This document shows positions 1-13,086 of a DNA stretch of 64,000 bases, piece after piece. How positions within the stretch are numbered: the first letter of the stretch is position 1; every line of letters starts with the position of its first letter. Source of the DNA: the human T2T-CHM13v2.0 reference genome, Homo sapiens; NCBI RefSeq assembly GCF_009914755.1, contig NC_060937.1. The stretch is one strand, 5' to 3'. A model generated the notes under the pieces. It was not told where the DNA came from and did no database searches. It was given only the letters and a program-made list of their open reading frames with translations. Made by a program: the position numbers and the translations under genes.

Positions 1-205
1 TCTTTTTGTTCCTTGAATTCTGAAACTTCACATTGTTGTGCTGTAGTTTTGTTCTTTGTTTTTCCAACTAATACATCAGACACTTTAAACTCTTTTTCTG
101 TTTCTTCTGCTACTTACCATATGCAATCTATATGACACACTTATCTCCTATTTCTTGATCCTTTAGTTTTAGATATCACCTATTGCTGTCTGTGAAACAG
201 GATAT

Positions 206-633
206 TGCTGTACTTTGGATGTTTGTCCCACAAACTTCATGTTGAAATTTAATCCCCAGTGTTGGAGGTGGGGTCTGTTTGAAGGTGTTTGGGTCATGGG
301 AATGGATCCCTCATGAATGGCTTGGTACTGTCTTCTTGATAATGAGTAAGTTGTCGCTCTTCTAGTTCCTGCAAGAGATGATTGTTAAAAAGAGCGTGGG
401 ACCTCCCCACTTTCTATCTTACTTCCTCTCTCTTCGTGTGATCTCTGCATACACAGCCCCACTTCTCTTTCCACCACCAGTAGAAGTTTCCTGAGACCTC
501 ACCAGAAGCCAAGCAGATGCTGGTTCCATGCTGCTTGTACAGCCTGGAGAACCATGAGCCAAATAAACCTCTTGTCTTAATAAATTACCCACCCTTGAGT
601 ATTCCTTTATAGCAACACGAATGAACTAAGACA
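206..633 (+). mobile_element. MaLR solo LTR (MSTB-like)
   Basis: Starts TGCTGTACTTTGGATGTTTGTCCC..., ends ...TTTATAGCAACACGAATGAACTAAGACA; contains AATAAACCTCTT; resembles the recalled MSTB consensus. Confidence 0.85.
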
Positions 634-639
634 TTATAT

Positions 640-1960
640 CCACTTTAGGTGTGTCCCACTCTTCATTTCACTCAGTATACTTATATTGTGATTTGGGTTT
701 AAATAAATATAAGCAGTTTATCTTACTGTGGCTACACAACTATTATTCACAGTTGAGCCACAAGTACTACCTTTCCTTTATTTAAAATTTCTTATATCAA
801 CTGGAATTATAAATGACATTTTATGTTTGCTTAGTTTTCTATGTCAGTTAATAATTTACTACTGAACTCTCTAACATAACTGAAACTCTCCTTTGAATTA
901 GTTCAAACATTAAATATTCTAACTGTGTAGCTTTCTTCTTGAAGGCATACCCCTTGGAGCCCTCTGTCCTCTTGTGACAAGCAGTTCTGCTGCTCTCTGG
1001 AACAGCTGTAGCCGTGGGACATTCTTGTCATCAACACAATCCTCTTTGCTTCTCTGCTTCCTGGAGCTTAGAACTCTCTCTCTTTCTTGTTTTATTCTGT
1101 TTATTTTGCTGGAGCAGATGTTTCAAGGACCTCCTGAACAAGCCTAGGTGAAAATATGTTGAGACCTTAAACGTCTACTAATGTCTTCATTCTAACCTTG
1201 CATCTGATTAATAGCTTTTCTGGCTATAAAACTCTAAGTGGAAAAATATTTTACCCCAGAATTTTGAAGGCATTGCTTTGCTGCTCTCTAGCTCCTATCA
1301 GTACTATGGGGTTGTCATCCTGATTCCTGATGTATATTCTCATTTCATGAGCATAGTTTCATTGGTGGGCAGAGGACTTGTCCACTGGGCTGTACTCTCA
1401 AGTGATGTGGTGGCCATTTCCTTGGAGTATCCCAAACTCTGTCTCTAGGTATTTCTCATGGTCTCGTCAGCATCCCCAGAAATGAATACCCCCATCTCCT
1501 GCTTGGGGAGTATAGGCCTGCTGTCAGTATCCTGGCAGCTAAATGTGAAAGAGGGTATGGAGGTGGACCTCAGTCATCAGTGTCAACTTTCACTGAAACC
1601 TTTCCTTTTTGTTTTACCTTCTCCTTCTCATAAAGCTTTCAATACCAGATCCCTCTGGCTCCATTTTCCCAGAGACTAAAACACCCATCTTCTGACACAG
1701 TGGCGGAAAGACAGTCATTCTGCTGCATGGGGTAAAGGAGGAGGACACACTGGCTCTAACTGCTACTTATTTTAAGCTTTCAAACCCACTTACTACTTGC
1801 AGATTTAACCATACCCCTGGCTTCAGAGGTATCTTGTGCCTTCAGTTTTGAATCTTTGGGAGACTGAGGGTTCAAGTTGATGTGTTTCAGACTTCTCCCC
1901 ACTGTTTGCTTAGATTTCTTTCTTTGGTCTAGAAATTTTAGATATACATTCTTCTGTTTT
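640..1960 (-). mobile_element. Ancient L1M/HAL1-like fragment
   Basis: TGGCTATAAAACTCTAAGTGGAAAAATATTTT...AGAATTTTGAAGGCATTGCT is typical of antisense old L1 ORF1/HAL1; boundaries approximate. Confidence 0.45.
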
Positions 1961-1974
1961 GCAGCTTCCAATAA

Positions 1975-2267
1975 AAATTGTTTTCTTGAGGCAGGGCCTT
2001 GCTCTATTCCCCAGGCCAGAGGGCAATAGTGTGATCATAGCTCACTGTAGCCTCAAACTCTTGGGCTTAAGAAATCCTCCCACTTCAGACTCCTGAGCAG
2101 CTTGGACTACAGGTGTGTCCCACTATGTCCTGTTAATATTTTTATTTTTTATAGATGGTGTCTTGCTACATTGCCTAGGCTGGTCTCAAACTCTTAGCCT
2201 CAAGTGATCGTCTTACCTTGGCCTCCCAAAGTGCTGGAATTACATATGTGAGCCATTGCACCTAGCC
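1975..2267 (-). mobile_element. AluJ
   Basis: Antisense Alu with J-type GATCATAGCTCACTGTAGCCTCAAACTC; AGCTTCCAA on both flanks. Confidence 0.92.
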
Positions 2268-2524
2268 AGCTTCCAAGATTTTGATGCCATCTCTTATCTG
2301 CACTTCACTTATTTCCTGTCTTCTTTGTACTATGCCTTCTTTGTTTAAAATCCTTTTAACTGACATTTAACAGTAGTTCATGAAAGAATAGATGTAAATA
2401 TATGACTGTTTAATCCACTATGTTTTTTTTAAAGTTTTTTTTTTAATGTAAGACTTCTCAGAACCTAAAATATGCTCAGTTTCCTTGTGGATATCTGAGA
2501 GGGAGATACACTATGCAGTATTTT

Positions 2525-2945
2525 TATATGAGTTAACATTGCCCCATAACAAACAACCTCTCAATTTCAGCAGCTTATAACACAACAAAGCTCTGTTTCT
2601 TACTCACAACACATGTTACCAGCTGCTGGTCATCACGGCTCTGATCCACATGTTTTCTCATTCCAGGTCTCAGGCTGAAAAAATAGCCGTGTTATAGAAC
2701 GTGCCAGATATAAGAGTAAGAGGAATGGTAGAAATGTCCCAAGGCATCTTAGAGTTTCTGCCTGGGCGTTCACGTTCCATTGGAATATCACATGCCAGAC
2801 TCAAAGGCGATGGGGCAAGGGAGGTCTCTCTCTCTCTCTCCTGCAGGAGGCACTATGCTTCACATGACAATCCTCAGGGATGCGTAATTCTCTTATAAGG
2901 AAGTGGGGAGTGGATAATTGAGAATAGGATCACAATCTACCGACA
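2525..2945 (-). mobile_element. Old MaLR LTR (MLT1K-like)
   Basis: TAACAAACAACCTCTCAATTTCAGCAGCTTATAACACAACAAAG... through ...CACAATCTACCGACA. Confidence 0.65.
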
Positions 2946-3104
2946 TATTGAGTACTTGTTTGAGTATGGAACCCCTTTTTTGTAACAGTTGCTAACAGTT
3001 TATGTTTCAGGGAGCATGGCTTAAGAAAATGTTTTATATGTGCACCAAGTATATTGGTAAGGAGGTAGAGTGAGGTAAAGGGGAAACCTCAGAATTTTAA
3101 AGCA

Positions 3105-3296
3105 AAACTTCATTTCAAATGATGGTTCTATCACATGCTTAACCATGTAGCTTTGGGAAATCTAATTTCTCTAAATCTCTTTTCCTTGTAAAATGGACAT
3201 AATAATCCCTACTTCTCAGCTTTGATAACAGGATTAGATATAATGTATGTAACGGGTCTGGAGTGCCCTAGTAGGCCATTAGTAAATATTTATTAT
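3105..3296 (+). mobile_element. MIR
   Basis: Degenerate MIR core: CTTTGGGAAATC...TGTAAAATGGACATAATAATCCCTACTTC. Confidence 0.7.

Positions 3297-3573
<277 letters not shown>

Positions 3574-3655
<82 letters not shown>
3574..3655. repeat. Compound (TA)n(TG)n microsatellite at Alu tail
   Basis: Pure TA run followed directly by a pure TG run. Confidence 0.98.
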
Positions 3656-3658
<3 letters not shown>

Positions 3659-4004
3659 TATAAAATAAATAAATGAATAGATGAATGAGTTAATGGCTGA
3701 ATGAAATATTTTAACTGACAAAAGTGTAACAGCCTAGCCTAGTTGAATTTGGGTTGGCTCTCCAATTTTAAACTTCTGATATCTTGAAGAATTATTTGAG
3801 TAACCTATTGATGAATCATAGTAGTTAAAATATTTTAATGTTATAATTGCTTTTAATAGAGTTCCTTCCCAATAAACATTTGCATTCTTCTTCTTGCCAA
3901 ATTTATATCTAAACCTTGAATCTTCAGGTAGAGTATAAATATAAACTGTTCCCTACATGATCAGAAGTAGATATGTCTCAGCTGATCCAAAGATACCGGG
4001 AGAC

Positions 4005-4334
<330 letters not shown>

Positions 4335-4395
4335 TCACACGGTTGGCAAATGTCCTCAGCTATATGCTATGGACATTTAGAAGCTGTTTCTTAAA

Positions 4396-7300
4396 ATCTA
4401 CAAAACTAGTGGAAAACATAAAAAAGCAGGGGTTGCAATTCTAATTTCAGACAAAAAAAGACTTTAAACCAAGATAGATGAAAAAAAAAAGCAAAGAAGG
4501 GTATTACATAATGGTAAAGTGTTTAATTCAACAAGCAGAGATAACTATCCTAAATATATATGCACCCAACATAGGAGCACCCAGATTCATAAAGCAAGTT
4601 TTTAGAGACCTTCAAAGAGACTTAGACTTCCACACAATAATAGCAGGAGACTTCAGCACCCCACTGACAGTACTGGACAGATCATCAAAGCAGAAAATTA
4701 AAAAATATATTCAGGAACTAAACTCCACGCTTGACCAAATGAACCTGAGAGACACCTGAAGAAGATCCAAATAAATGCAATTAGAAACAACAAAGGGAAT
4801 GTTGCCACTGTCCCCACAGAAATACAAATAACCATCAGAGACTACTGTGAATAGCTCTATGCACACAAACTAGAAAATTTAAAAGAAACAGATGAATTTC
4901 TGGACACGTACACCCTCCTAAGACTGAACCAGGAAGAAATTGAATCCCTGAACACACCAATAACACTGAAATTGAATCGGTAGTAAAGAGCCTACCAACT
5001 AAACAAAGCCCAGGACCAAATGAATTCTCAGCCAAATTCTACCAGATGTACAAAGAAGAGCTGGTAACATTCCTATTGAAACTACTCTAAAAAAAATTGA
5101 GGAGAAGGGAATTCTCCCCAACTCATTTTAGGGCTAGTATCATCCTGATGCCAAAACCTGGCAGAGAAACAGCAAAAAAAGAAAACTTCAGGCAAATACC
5201 CTTGATGAACATTAATGCAAAAATCCTCAAGAAACAAAACGCTAGCAAACCAAATCCAGCAGCACATCAAAAAGCTGATCCACCATGATCAAAAAAGGCT
5301 TAATGTCTGGAATGCAAGGTTGGTTCAACAGTCACAAATCAATAAACATGATTCATCTCCTAAACAGAACTAAAGACATAAAATACTTTACTATCTCAAT
5401 ATATGCAGAAAAAGCTTTTGATAAAATTAAACATCGCTTCATGTTGAAAACTCTCAATAAATTAGGTGTTGAAGTAATATACCTCAAAATAATAAGAGCC
5501 ATCTATGCAAACTGACAGCCAACATTGTACTGAATGGGAAAAAACTGGAAGCATTCCCCTTGAAAACCAGCATGAGACAAGAGTGCCCTCTCTCCCCACA
5601 CCTATTCAACATAATGTTGGAAGTCCTGGCCAGAGCAGTCAGGCAACAGAAATAAATAAAGGGCATCCCAATAAGAAACAAGAGAGTCAAACTCTCTCTT
5701 TGTAGTAACCTGATTCTATGTCTAGAAAACCCCATAGTCTTTGCCCAAAAGCTCCTTCACTTGGGATACAACTTCAGCAAAGTTTCAGGATACAAAATGG
5801 ATGCACAAAAATCACTAACATTCCTATACACCAACTGTAGCCAAGCTAAGAGCCAAATCAGGAAGGCAATCCCATTTACAATAGCCACAGAAAGAATAAA
5901 ATACTTAGGAATACAGCTAACAAGGGAGTTGAAAGATCTCTACAATGAGAATTTAAAAACACTGCTCAGATAAATCAGAGATGACACAAACAAATGGAAA
6001 AACATTCCATGCTCATGGATAGGAAGAATCAATATTGTTAAAATGGTCATACTACCCAAAGTAATTTACAGATTCAATGCTATTCCTATCAAATTGCCAA
6101 TGGAATTCTTCACAGAACTAGAAAAAAACTATTTTAAAATTCGTATAGAATTAAAAAGAACTTAAATAGCCAAGCCAATACTAAGCAAAAATTACAAAGC
6201 TGGAGGCATAACATTACCTGATTTCAAACTGTACTATGGGGCTATAGTAATCAAAACAGCATTGTACTGATATAAAAACGCACATCCAGACCAATGGACC
6301 AGAATAGAGAACCCAGAAATAAGGCCACACACCTACAACCATCTGATTTTTGACAAAGCTGACAAAAGCAATGAGGAAAGAATTTCCTATTCCATAAATG
6401 ATGCTGGGATAACTGGCTAGCCATATGCAGAAGATGAAGATGAAGATAAAAGTGGACCACTTTCTTATACCATATACAAAAATCAACTCAAGATGGATTA
6501 AAGACTTAAGTGTAAAACCCAAAACTACAAAAACTCTGGAAGATGACCTAGGCAATACAATTCTGAACATAAGAATGGGCAAAGATTTCAAGATGTAGAT
6601 GCCAAAAGCAGTCACAATAAAAGCAAAAAATTCACAAAGGGATCTAATTAAATTCAAGTGCTTCTACACAGCAAAAGCAAATATCGACAGAGTAAACAGA
6701 AAACCTGCAGAATGGGAGAAAATATTTGCAAACTCTACATCTGTTATAAAGAACTGCCCAAGATGGGTAATTTATAAAGGAAAGAGGTTTAATTGACTCA
6801 CAGTTCAGCATGGCTGGGGAGGCCTCAGGAAACTTACAATCATGGTGGAAGCCAAAGAGGAAGCAAGGCATCTTCTTCACAAGGCAGCAGGAAGGAGAAG
6901 TGCTGAGTGAAGGGGGAAGAGCACCCTACAAAACCATCAGATCTCATGAGAACTCACTATCATGAGAAAAGCAAGGGGTAAGCTGCCCCCATGATTCAAT
7001 TACCTCCACCAGGTCTCTTTCTTGACATGTGGGGATTATGGGAGTTATGGGGATTACAATTCAAGATTAGATTTGGATGGGGAAACAAAGCCTAACCACA
7101 TCAGCGTCTAACATAAGTCTAATGTCCAGCATCCATACTGAAACACATTTACAAGAAAAAAACAAACAACCCCATTAAAAAGTGAGCACAGGACATGAAC
7201 GAGACTTTTCAAAAGAAGACATACATGCATCCAACAAGCTTATGAAAAAAAGCTCAATATCACTGATAAATAGAGAAATGTAAATCAAAACCACATTGAG

Positions 7301-8020
7301 ATATCATCTCACACTGGCCAGAATGGCTACTATTAAAAAGTCAAAAAATAACAGATGCTGGCAAGGTTACAGAGAAAAGGGAACTCATTCATTCTCAGTG
7401 GGAGTGTAAATTACTTCAACCACTGTCGAAAGCCATGTGGCATTTCCTCAAAGAGCTAAAACTTAAACTACCATTTGACCCAGCAATCTTATTACTGGGT
7501 ACATACTCAAAGGGATATAAATTGTTTTATCATAAAAACACATGCCTATGTATGTTCATTGGAGCACTATTCATAATAGCAAAGATGGAGTCAACCTAAA
7601 TATCTATCGATGGTAGACTGGACAGAGAAAATGTGGTATATATACACCATGAAATACTATACACCCATAAAAAAGAATGATATCATGTATTTTGCAGAAG
7701 CATGGATGGAGCTGGAGGCCATTATCCTTAGCAAACTAATGCAGGAACAGAAAATCAAATACTGCATGTTCTCGTTTATGAGTGGAAGCTAAATGATTAC
7801 AACTCATGGACACAAAGAGGAGAGCAACAGTCACTGGGGCCTACTTGAAGGTAGAGGGTAGGAGAAAGAAGATGATCCAAAAAAAAAATAACTGTTGAGT
7901 ACTAGGCTTAGTACCTGGGTGGAGAAATAATCTGTAGAACAAACCCCCATGACATGAGTTTACCTAAATAACAAACCTGCACATGTATCCCTAAACCTAA
8001 AATAAAGGTTTAAAAAACAA
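4396..8020 (+). mobile_element. 5'-truncated L1 (L1PA15-like), dead ORF2 with internal deletion, interrupted by a THE1D LTR
   Basis: Endonuclease peptide ILNIYAPNIGAPRFIKQ and RT-region peptides in fragmented ORFs; 3' UTR and A-tail; 17 bp TSD AGAAG(C/A)TGTTTCTTAAA at 4379-4395 and 8021-8037. Confidence 0.95.
6742..7103 (-). mobile_element. THE1D solo LTR inserted in L1
   Basis: Ends ...CAAAGCCTAACCACATCA (reverse of TGATATGGTTAGGCTTTG); L1 resumes in register; degenerate 5 bp TSD ACATC/GCGTC. Confidence 0.9.
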
Positions 8021-8382
8021 AGAAGATGTTTCTTAAATTTTGAGCCGTGTTGTAAAATAGCTCTGTTATTTGGGTTCATTTTACTGGACAGTTATAAACA
8101 ATTTATTTTCTTCCACCAAGACATGACTTTGGAGAAATTCACCATCAACTCCAATTACAAAGCTATCCCATAATATATCATCTAAAAGTCAGCAACATGC
8201 TGGTATAGAAACAGATCATTTGGTTGCATAATGTAATAAGTATTGCCCTCACAAAATAATTGATTCTTTTTTATCAGATATTTATCTCTGAATAATTGCC
8301 AATTGTATTGGTGAGAAATGCACCTTAAATAATTCCAGTAGTCTTTCAAATGGCCAAGTTTGAAATGATGAGCCAATGGCGA

Positions 8383-8924
8383 TGAAGCAATCCTCACAGG
8401 GTTAACAAGCATTCTGGACAGAAATATAGTTATAATTTAGCATTAATCAGGCTGCACTTTGATCCACTTCCTTGTAACTGAAAGTCACATTGCACTAGCT
8501 ATTCACCATTTGCATCCCCATTTTTCCTGTAGATGAGATTTCGGACTTTAGAATCATAAGGCTTTTGCTTAAGAATTGCTTAAGATGATTTTCAGATCCC
8601 AAATTACAGCAAAACAGTTGACACAAACCAGTTGGAAGACCCCCACAGAGGAATAGAATCAGCATGAGAATACAGCTTCTTGTCTCCCTGTCCCATCACT
8701 TCACCCTACGCTCTTCTACCACTCAATGGTCTTCACCCTTCAGCCCACTCCAAAACCCTTAAAAACCCTACCTCCAGACTCCTCGGGGAGACAGGTTTAT
8801 TTGAGGTTTCCTCCTGTCTCCTCGTTGGGCAGCCCTACAATTAAACCTCTTTCTCTGCTGCAACCTGGTGTCTTGGCATATTAACTTGCTGTGTACTTTG
8901 AGCAACAGACCCATTAGGGTTACA
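8383..8924 (+). mobile_element. ERV1 solo LTR (MER67-like)
   Basis: TGAAGCAATCCTCACAGGGTTAACAAG...GGGTTACA; ATTAAA poly-A signal; 4 bp TSD GCGA/GTGA. Confidence 0.8.
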
Positions 8925-9928
8925 GTGAGACATTGTGTTTTCAGAAAACTTTACACTTCACAAATTGTCACCAACGCAATGCATCTGGTTGAGAACACTC
9001 AATTCTGTTTTCTTCCAGACAGATTGAAAGCCTATCCTCTACACGGCTTGCAAGAAGTTGGTTGACTAGCCCCACATTTATGCAGATGCCCCATATGGTT
9101 ATTTATAGCAAAAGTTCTACTAAGAGTCTCTGGATGAAATCATATTAATTTACTTACCAGTTGGTTTGTTTGGGGTTTTGTTTTTTCAAAAAAAAATCCC
9201 ATTTATTTAATGAGTTAAGAGATCCTTGGATGGAGGAAAAAAGAGTAGTCAAAGAGAACAGACATTCAGTGAGAAATTTCTTTGTTGTGCCACCACTATT
9301 CTGGCCTAACTTCACAAATCATTGAAGCATGCCATCCAAAAACTCAAAAAGATTGAGAAACACTAACATAACACTAATGTGCAAATTATGTGTTTCTTAT
9401 ATATATACATAATAGGTTTCTCCACCTTAAATGGTTTGAAACAGAAAAAAAAATGTCTTGGAGTTTGCCTTTATAAAAACATTTCAAAGTGTTCTTTATC
9501 ATTTCGTGGGAAAAAAAAGTTAACAGTAAAAGGAAAATTTCCACAGAATCCAATACCAAAGGGATCTGTTCTTTCATGGATTCGCCTCTGAAAGTTCTCC
9601 TGCTATGGAAGGAAATGATGCAGAGTGATCCAATAAATTAAAAGGCAGAATAACTGGCTTTCTGGAAAAGAATAAATGAGGAAGACCTCATAGACTTGAA
9701 GAACAAAGGAAGATGTTTTTATGTGCAACCTATCCGGTATTCTAAAATAGATGTTTCACTGGTAGATCAGGCAGCCATGGAGCAATTTTCAAAGCTCTAA
9801 GGGTGCAATCAATTGAATGCATTTTACTCTTCCTTGGTGCCCATTTGGGGACTCCACACTTCTGTCACAAGCTACCTGGCTCATCCTGCAAAACACCTTT
9901 TTCATCAGATGAGGAAAAATAATCTTGA

Positions 9929-10482
9929 TTACCATTTGACCCAGAAATCCCATTACTAGGCATATACCTGAAAGAATATAAACCATTCTACCAAAAAGAC
10001 ACATGCACATGTATGTTCATCACATGATTATTCACAATAGCAAAGACATGGAATCAAGCTAAATGTCCAACAGTGGTAGACTGGATAAAGAAAATGTGGT
10101 ACGTATACACCACGGAATACTACACAGCCACAAAAAAGTGAGATCATGTCCTTTGCAGTAACATGGATGGAGCTGGAGGCCATTATCCTAAGAAAACTAA
10201 TGTAGGATCAGAAAACCAAATATTTCATGTCCTCACTTATAAGTGGGAGCTAAACACTGAGTACACAAGAACACGAAGAAGGGAACCATAGACACCAGGG
10301 CCTACTTGAGGGTGGAGGCTGGGAGGAAAGAGAGGATCAAAAAACTACATATCAGTTACTATGTTTATTACCTGGGTGACAAAATAATCTGTACACCAAC
10401 ATCCCATGACACATAATTTACTTGTATAATAAACCTGCACATGTACCCATGAGCCTAAAAGTTAAAATAACAATAACAATAA
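9929..10482 (+). mobile_element. L1 3' fragment (L1PA16-like)
   Basis: ACCATTTGACCCAGAAATCCCATTACT... ORF2 end, 3' UTR and A-rich tail. Confidence 0.9.
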
Positions 10483-11944
10483 TAATTATTATTATTGTCT
10501 GGGTTTCCATTGAAGCCAGGGGACTAGAAAGACGTAAGTGGGAAATAATGGTTTGTAGCCTTTCATCAGAAGACTGAAAATACTTTTTCATCATGATCCC
10601 TTTTCATCTTTTCCCAAGTTCTTGTGTGGATTGAGATAATAGCAATGAAATTGTTGCATAACTAGTGGGCTATACTTGACATAATAATGGATGACTCCAG
10701 AAGAGTGAACACACAGTGGGGCAAATGTAGAAGTATACTGTCATCTCTAAGAATAGAAGTAGCCTTTGTTTTATGATAAACTTGATTTCATTATAGTACT
10801 TGATTTCTCTCTCTTTCCATGAAAGTGAGTTTTGTAAAGGCTGAAAATCGCATGTGTACACTTTCACTGTTCAACACAGAGGATCTCTCAATGCCATTTT
10901 TGTTTTAAAGTCTTTAAAAGAAATTGCCCAGTGCTCCTTTGGATGCCCATCCAAATGCTCAGAGGAAACTGCATGAAAAAATTGTAAATTTTAAATCTTT
11001 CTCCTGTAAAGGAACTCTTTGGATGAGAAATAACCAGCCATCTAAATATAGGCTTATGTAAAATTTGTTTTTAACATGTATCTCAAACTTCAGGTATTTT
11101 CTCAAGCCCTGTGTTCAAAAAATTAACAAAAGAATATTCTTTGGAAATGTGCTTTGAACTTGTGCTTACTGTAAAATTCAGTACAAGGAGCATGTTGAAA
11201 CTGTAACTTCTGGGAGGGAGTATGATAGTTTGTTTAAGAACTCCAGGGCTAATGAAAGTAGTAAGAATGAGAAAGTCAAGAAAATGTTAAGGTGTTTCAT
11301 TACAAAAATGATCAAATATTCAGAGTTGATGTTGCAAAAAAAAAAAAAATAGAAAATGCAACAACTAATGAATTGGCACAGCCTTTTCAAATGATTTGCT
11401 TTTCACCAACAAGCCTGACTGAGCAAGGTCAAGATAGCACAGCACTGTCCAGAAGTGACAAATTTATTAGGATTTAAAATAGCAACACATGCATGTCATG
11501 AGAGATGGGCAACTGTGACTTATTCTTTCCCCTAGGAATGTACAATTTTTAAAAAATCTATTGACAGAACAGCTGAAACATGAACATGCAAGTTTTAAAT
11601 TGCACGCCTAGGCCTATATTAATAAATGAGAGTAGAGACAGCCTTCTCTGTGATACTCTCCGAATATTTTATATTGAATCACACAAACAAGGATTAGAGG
11701 GCTATCGTCACAATAATAGAGAGATGACACAAATGAAAACCAAGGGAAATTTAAATTATGATTTGCCACTCTAATAACTTGAATATGTTCCTCTTATTTT
11801 AGAGTAAGAGGCCATAACAGAATTAGAAGAAATGGAAAGGCTTTTGTACAATAGTTTAGGGAAGAAGGACATGACAGTATTTTACTTTGGGTCAAAATAA
11901 TCATATTCACTGTCAGTAATTAATTAGGACAAATTAATTACTGG

Positions 11945-12120
11945 AGTCCATTTGTTTATAGCCAATTATGAAGTTCCACTATGTGCCAGTAATGTAGTAG
12001 GAGTTGGAGATGGAAACTAGCATGAAAATAAATCATTACAATTATAACAAGATACGTACAAGTGCCAGGCAATGCTTGACAGCTCTCAATATGTTTGTTG
12101 AGTGGCTGAATGGCTGAACA
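11945..12120. mobile_element. L2 3'-end fragments
   Basis: CACTATGTGCCAG and CTCAATATGTTTGTTGAGTGGCTGAATG motifs. Confidence 0.5.
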
Positions 12121-12420
12121 CAGAGAAAGTAATGTCAGACCTAAAAGGATGATGAAAGACTTCTCAACTGTCCAGCGTCAAAGAGTCATTGATGTCTCAC
12201 AAGCCTACATTTATACTGCTCTCTTCTAATCAAAGTGACCCCAAACCACTGTTTTTTGGGGATGGGCATATGCTGTTTTGATTCCCAATCCCGAGTTTGA
12301 AGTTGAAATAAGTCCTGATAACCCATCATCAAAGGATTGCACCAGGTATCTGTGCATGAGTTGAAACATGCAGATGTGGATTGGGTGCCAGGTAAGTGAA
12401 CCACCTCTGTGACATCCCTC

Positions 12421-12924
12421 TGTAGTCATTTGCTTTGGTGCCATAATAAATCACCACAGTTTAGTGGCTTAAAACAAAACTAATTTATCATCGCAGTTTC
12501 TGTAGGCAGAAGTCCCAGAACTGCAGGGCTCAACTGGGCATCTGTGTAGAGTCTCACAGGGCCAAAATTAAGGCAGCAGCAGGGCTATGACCCACGTCCA
12601 CATTTTCTTGTTGGCTGTGGACTGTGGACCAGGGCATTCTCAGACACTAGACCTGCCAATATTCCAAGGCTCATGGTCCCCTTCCTCCATCATCAAAGCC
12701 CACAGGTGCAGGTCAAGTCCTCCTCAGGCTGCCATGCCTCTTCTGCCTTCTCTTCCATTAGCGTATCTCTCTGACTGCCACTTCCTTCTTCCTCTTCTAA
12801 GGGCCCAAGTGATCACAAACTTCACCTCACAGGCAAAGTCTTTTTCCAACTATGGGAACATATTCAATGGTCCCAGGGATTAGGGCATGGACATCTTTGG
12901 AAGCTTGTTATTCTGTCCACCACA
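12421..12924 (-). mobile_element. MaLR solo LTR (MLT1E-like)
   Basis: TCACCACAGTTTAGTGGCTTAAAACAA...GGGATTAGGGCATGGACATCTTTGG...TTCTGTCCACCACA. Confidence 0.75.
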
Positions 12925-13086
12925 GCCTACTTTCAAACCTCCACAATATATGTGTTTCATAGCCATAGAGAGTGGCAGCAAGCCACTGCCATTGATCTTT
13001 AGTTTTTGGTGAATGAAAAGCAAACATACTCCATTTATTACCACTAAGAATGCAGGGATATTTTTCCAGTTTACTGTGAAGCTCCC

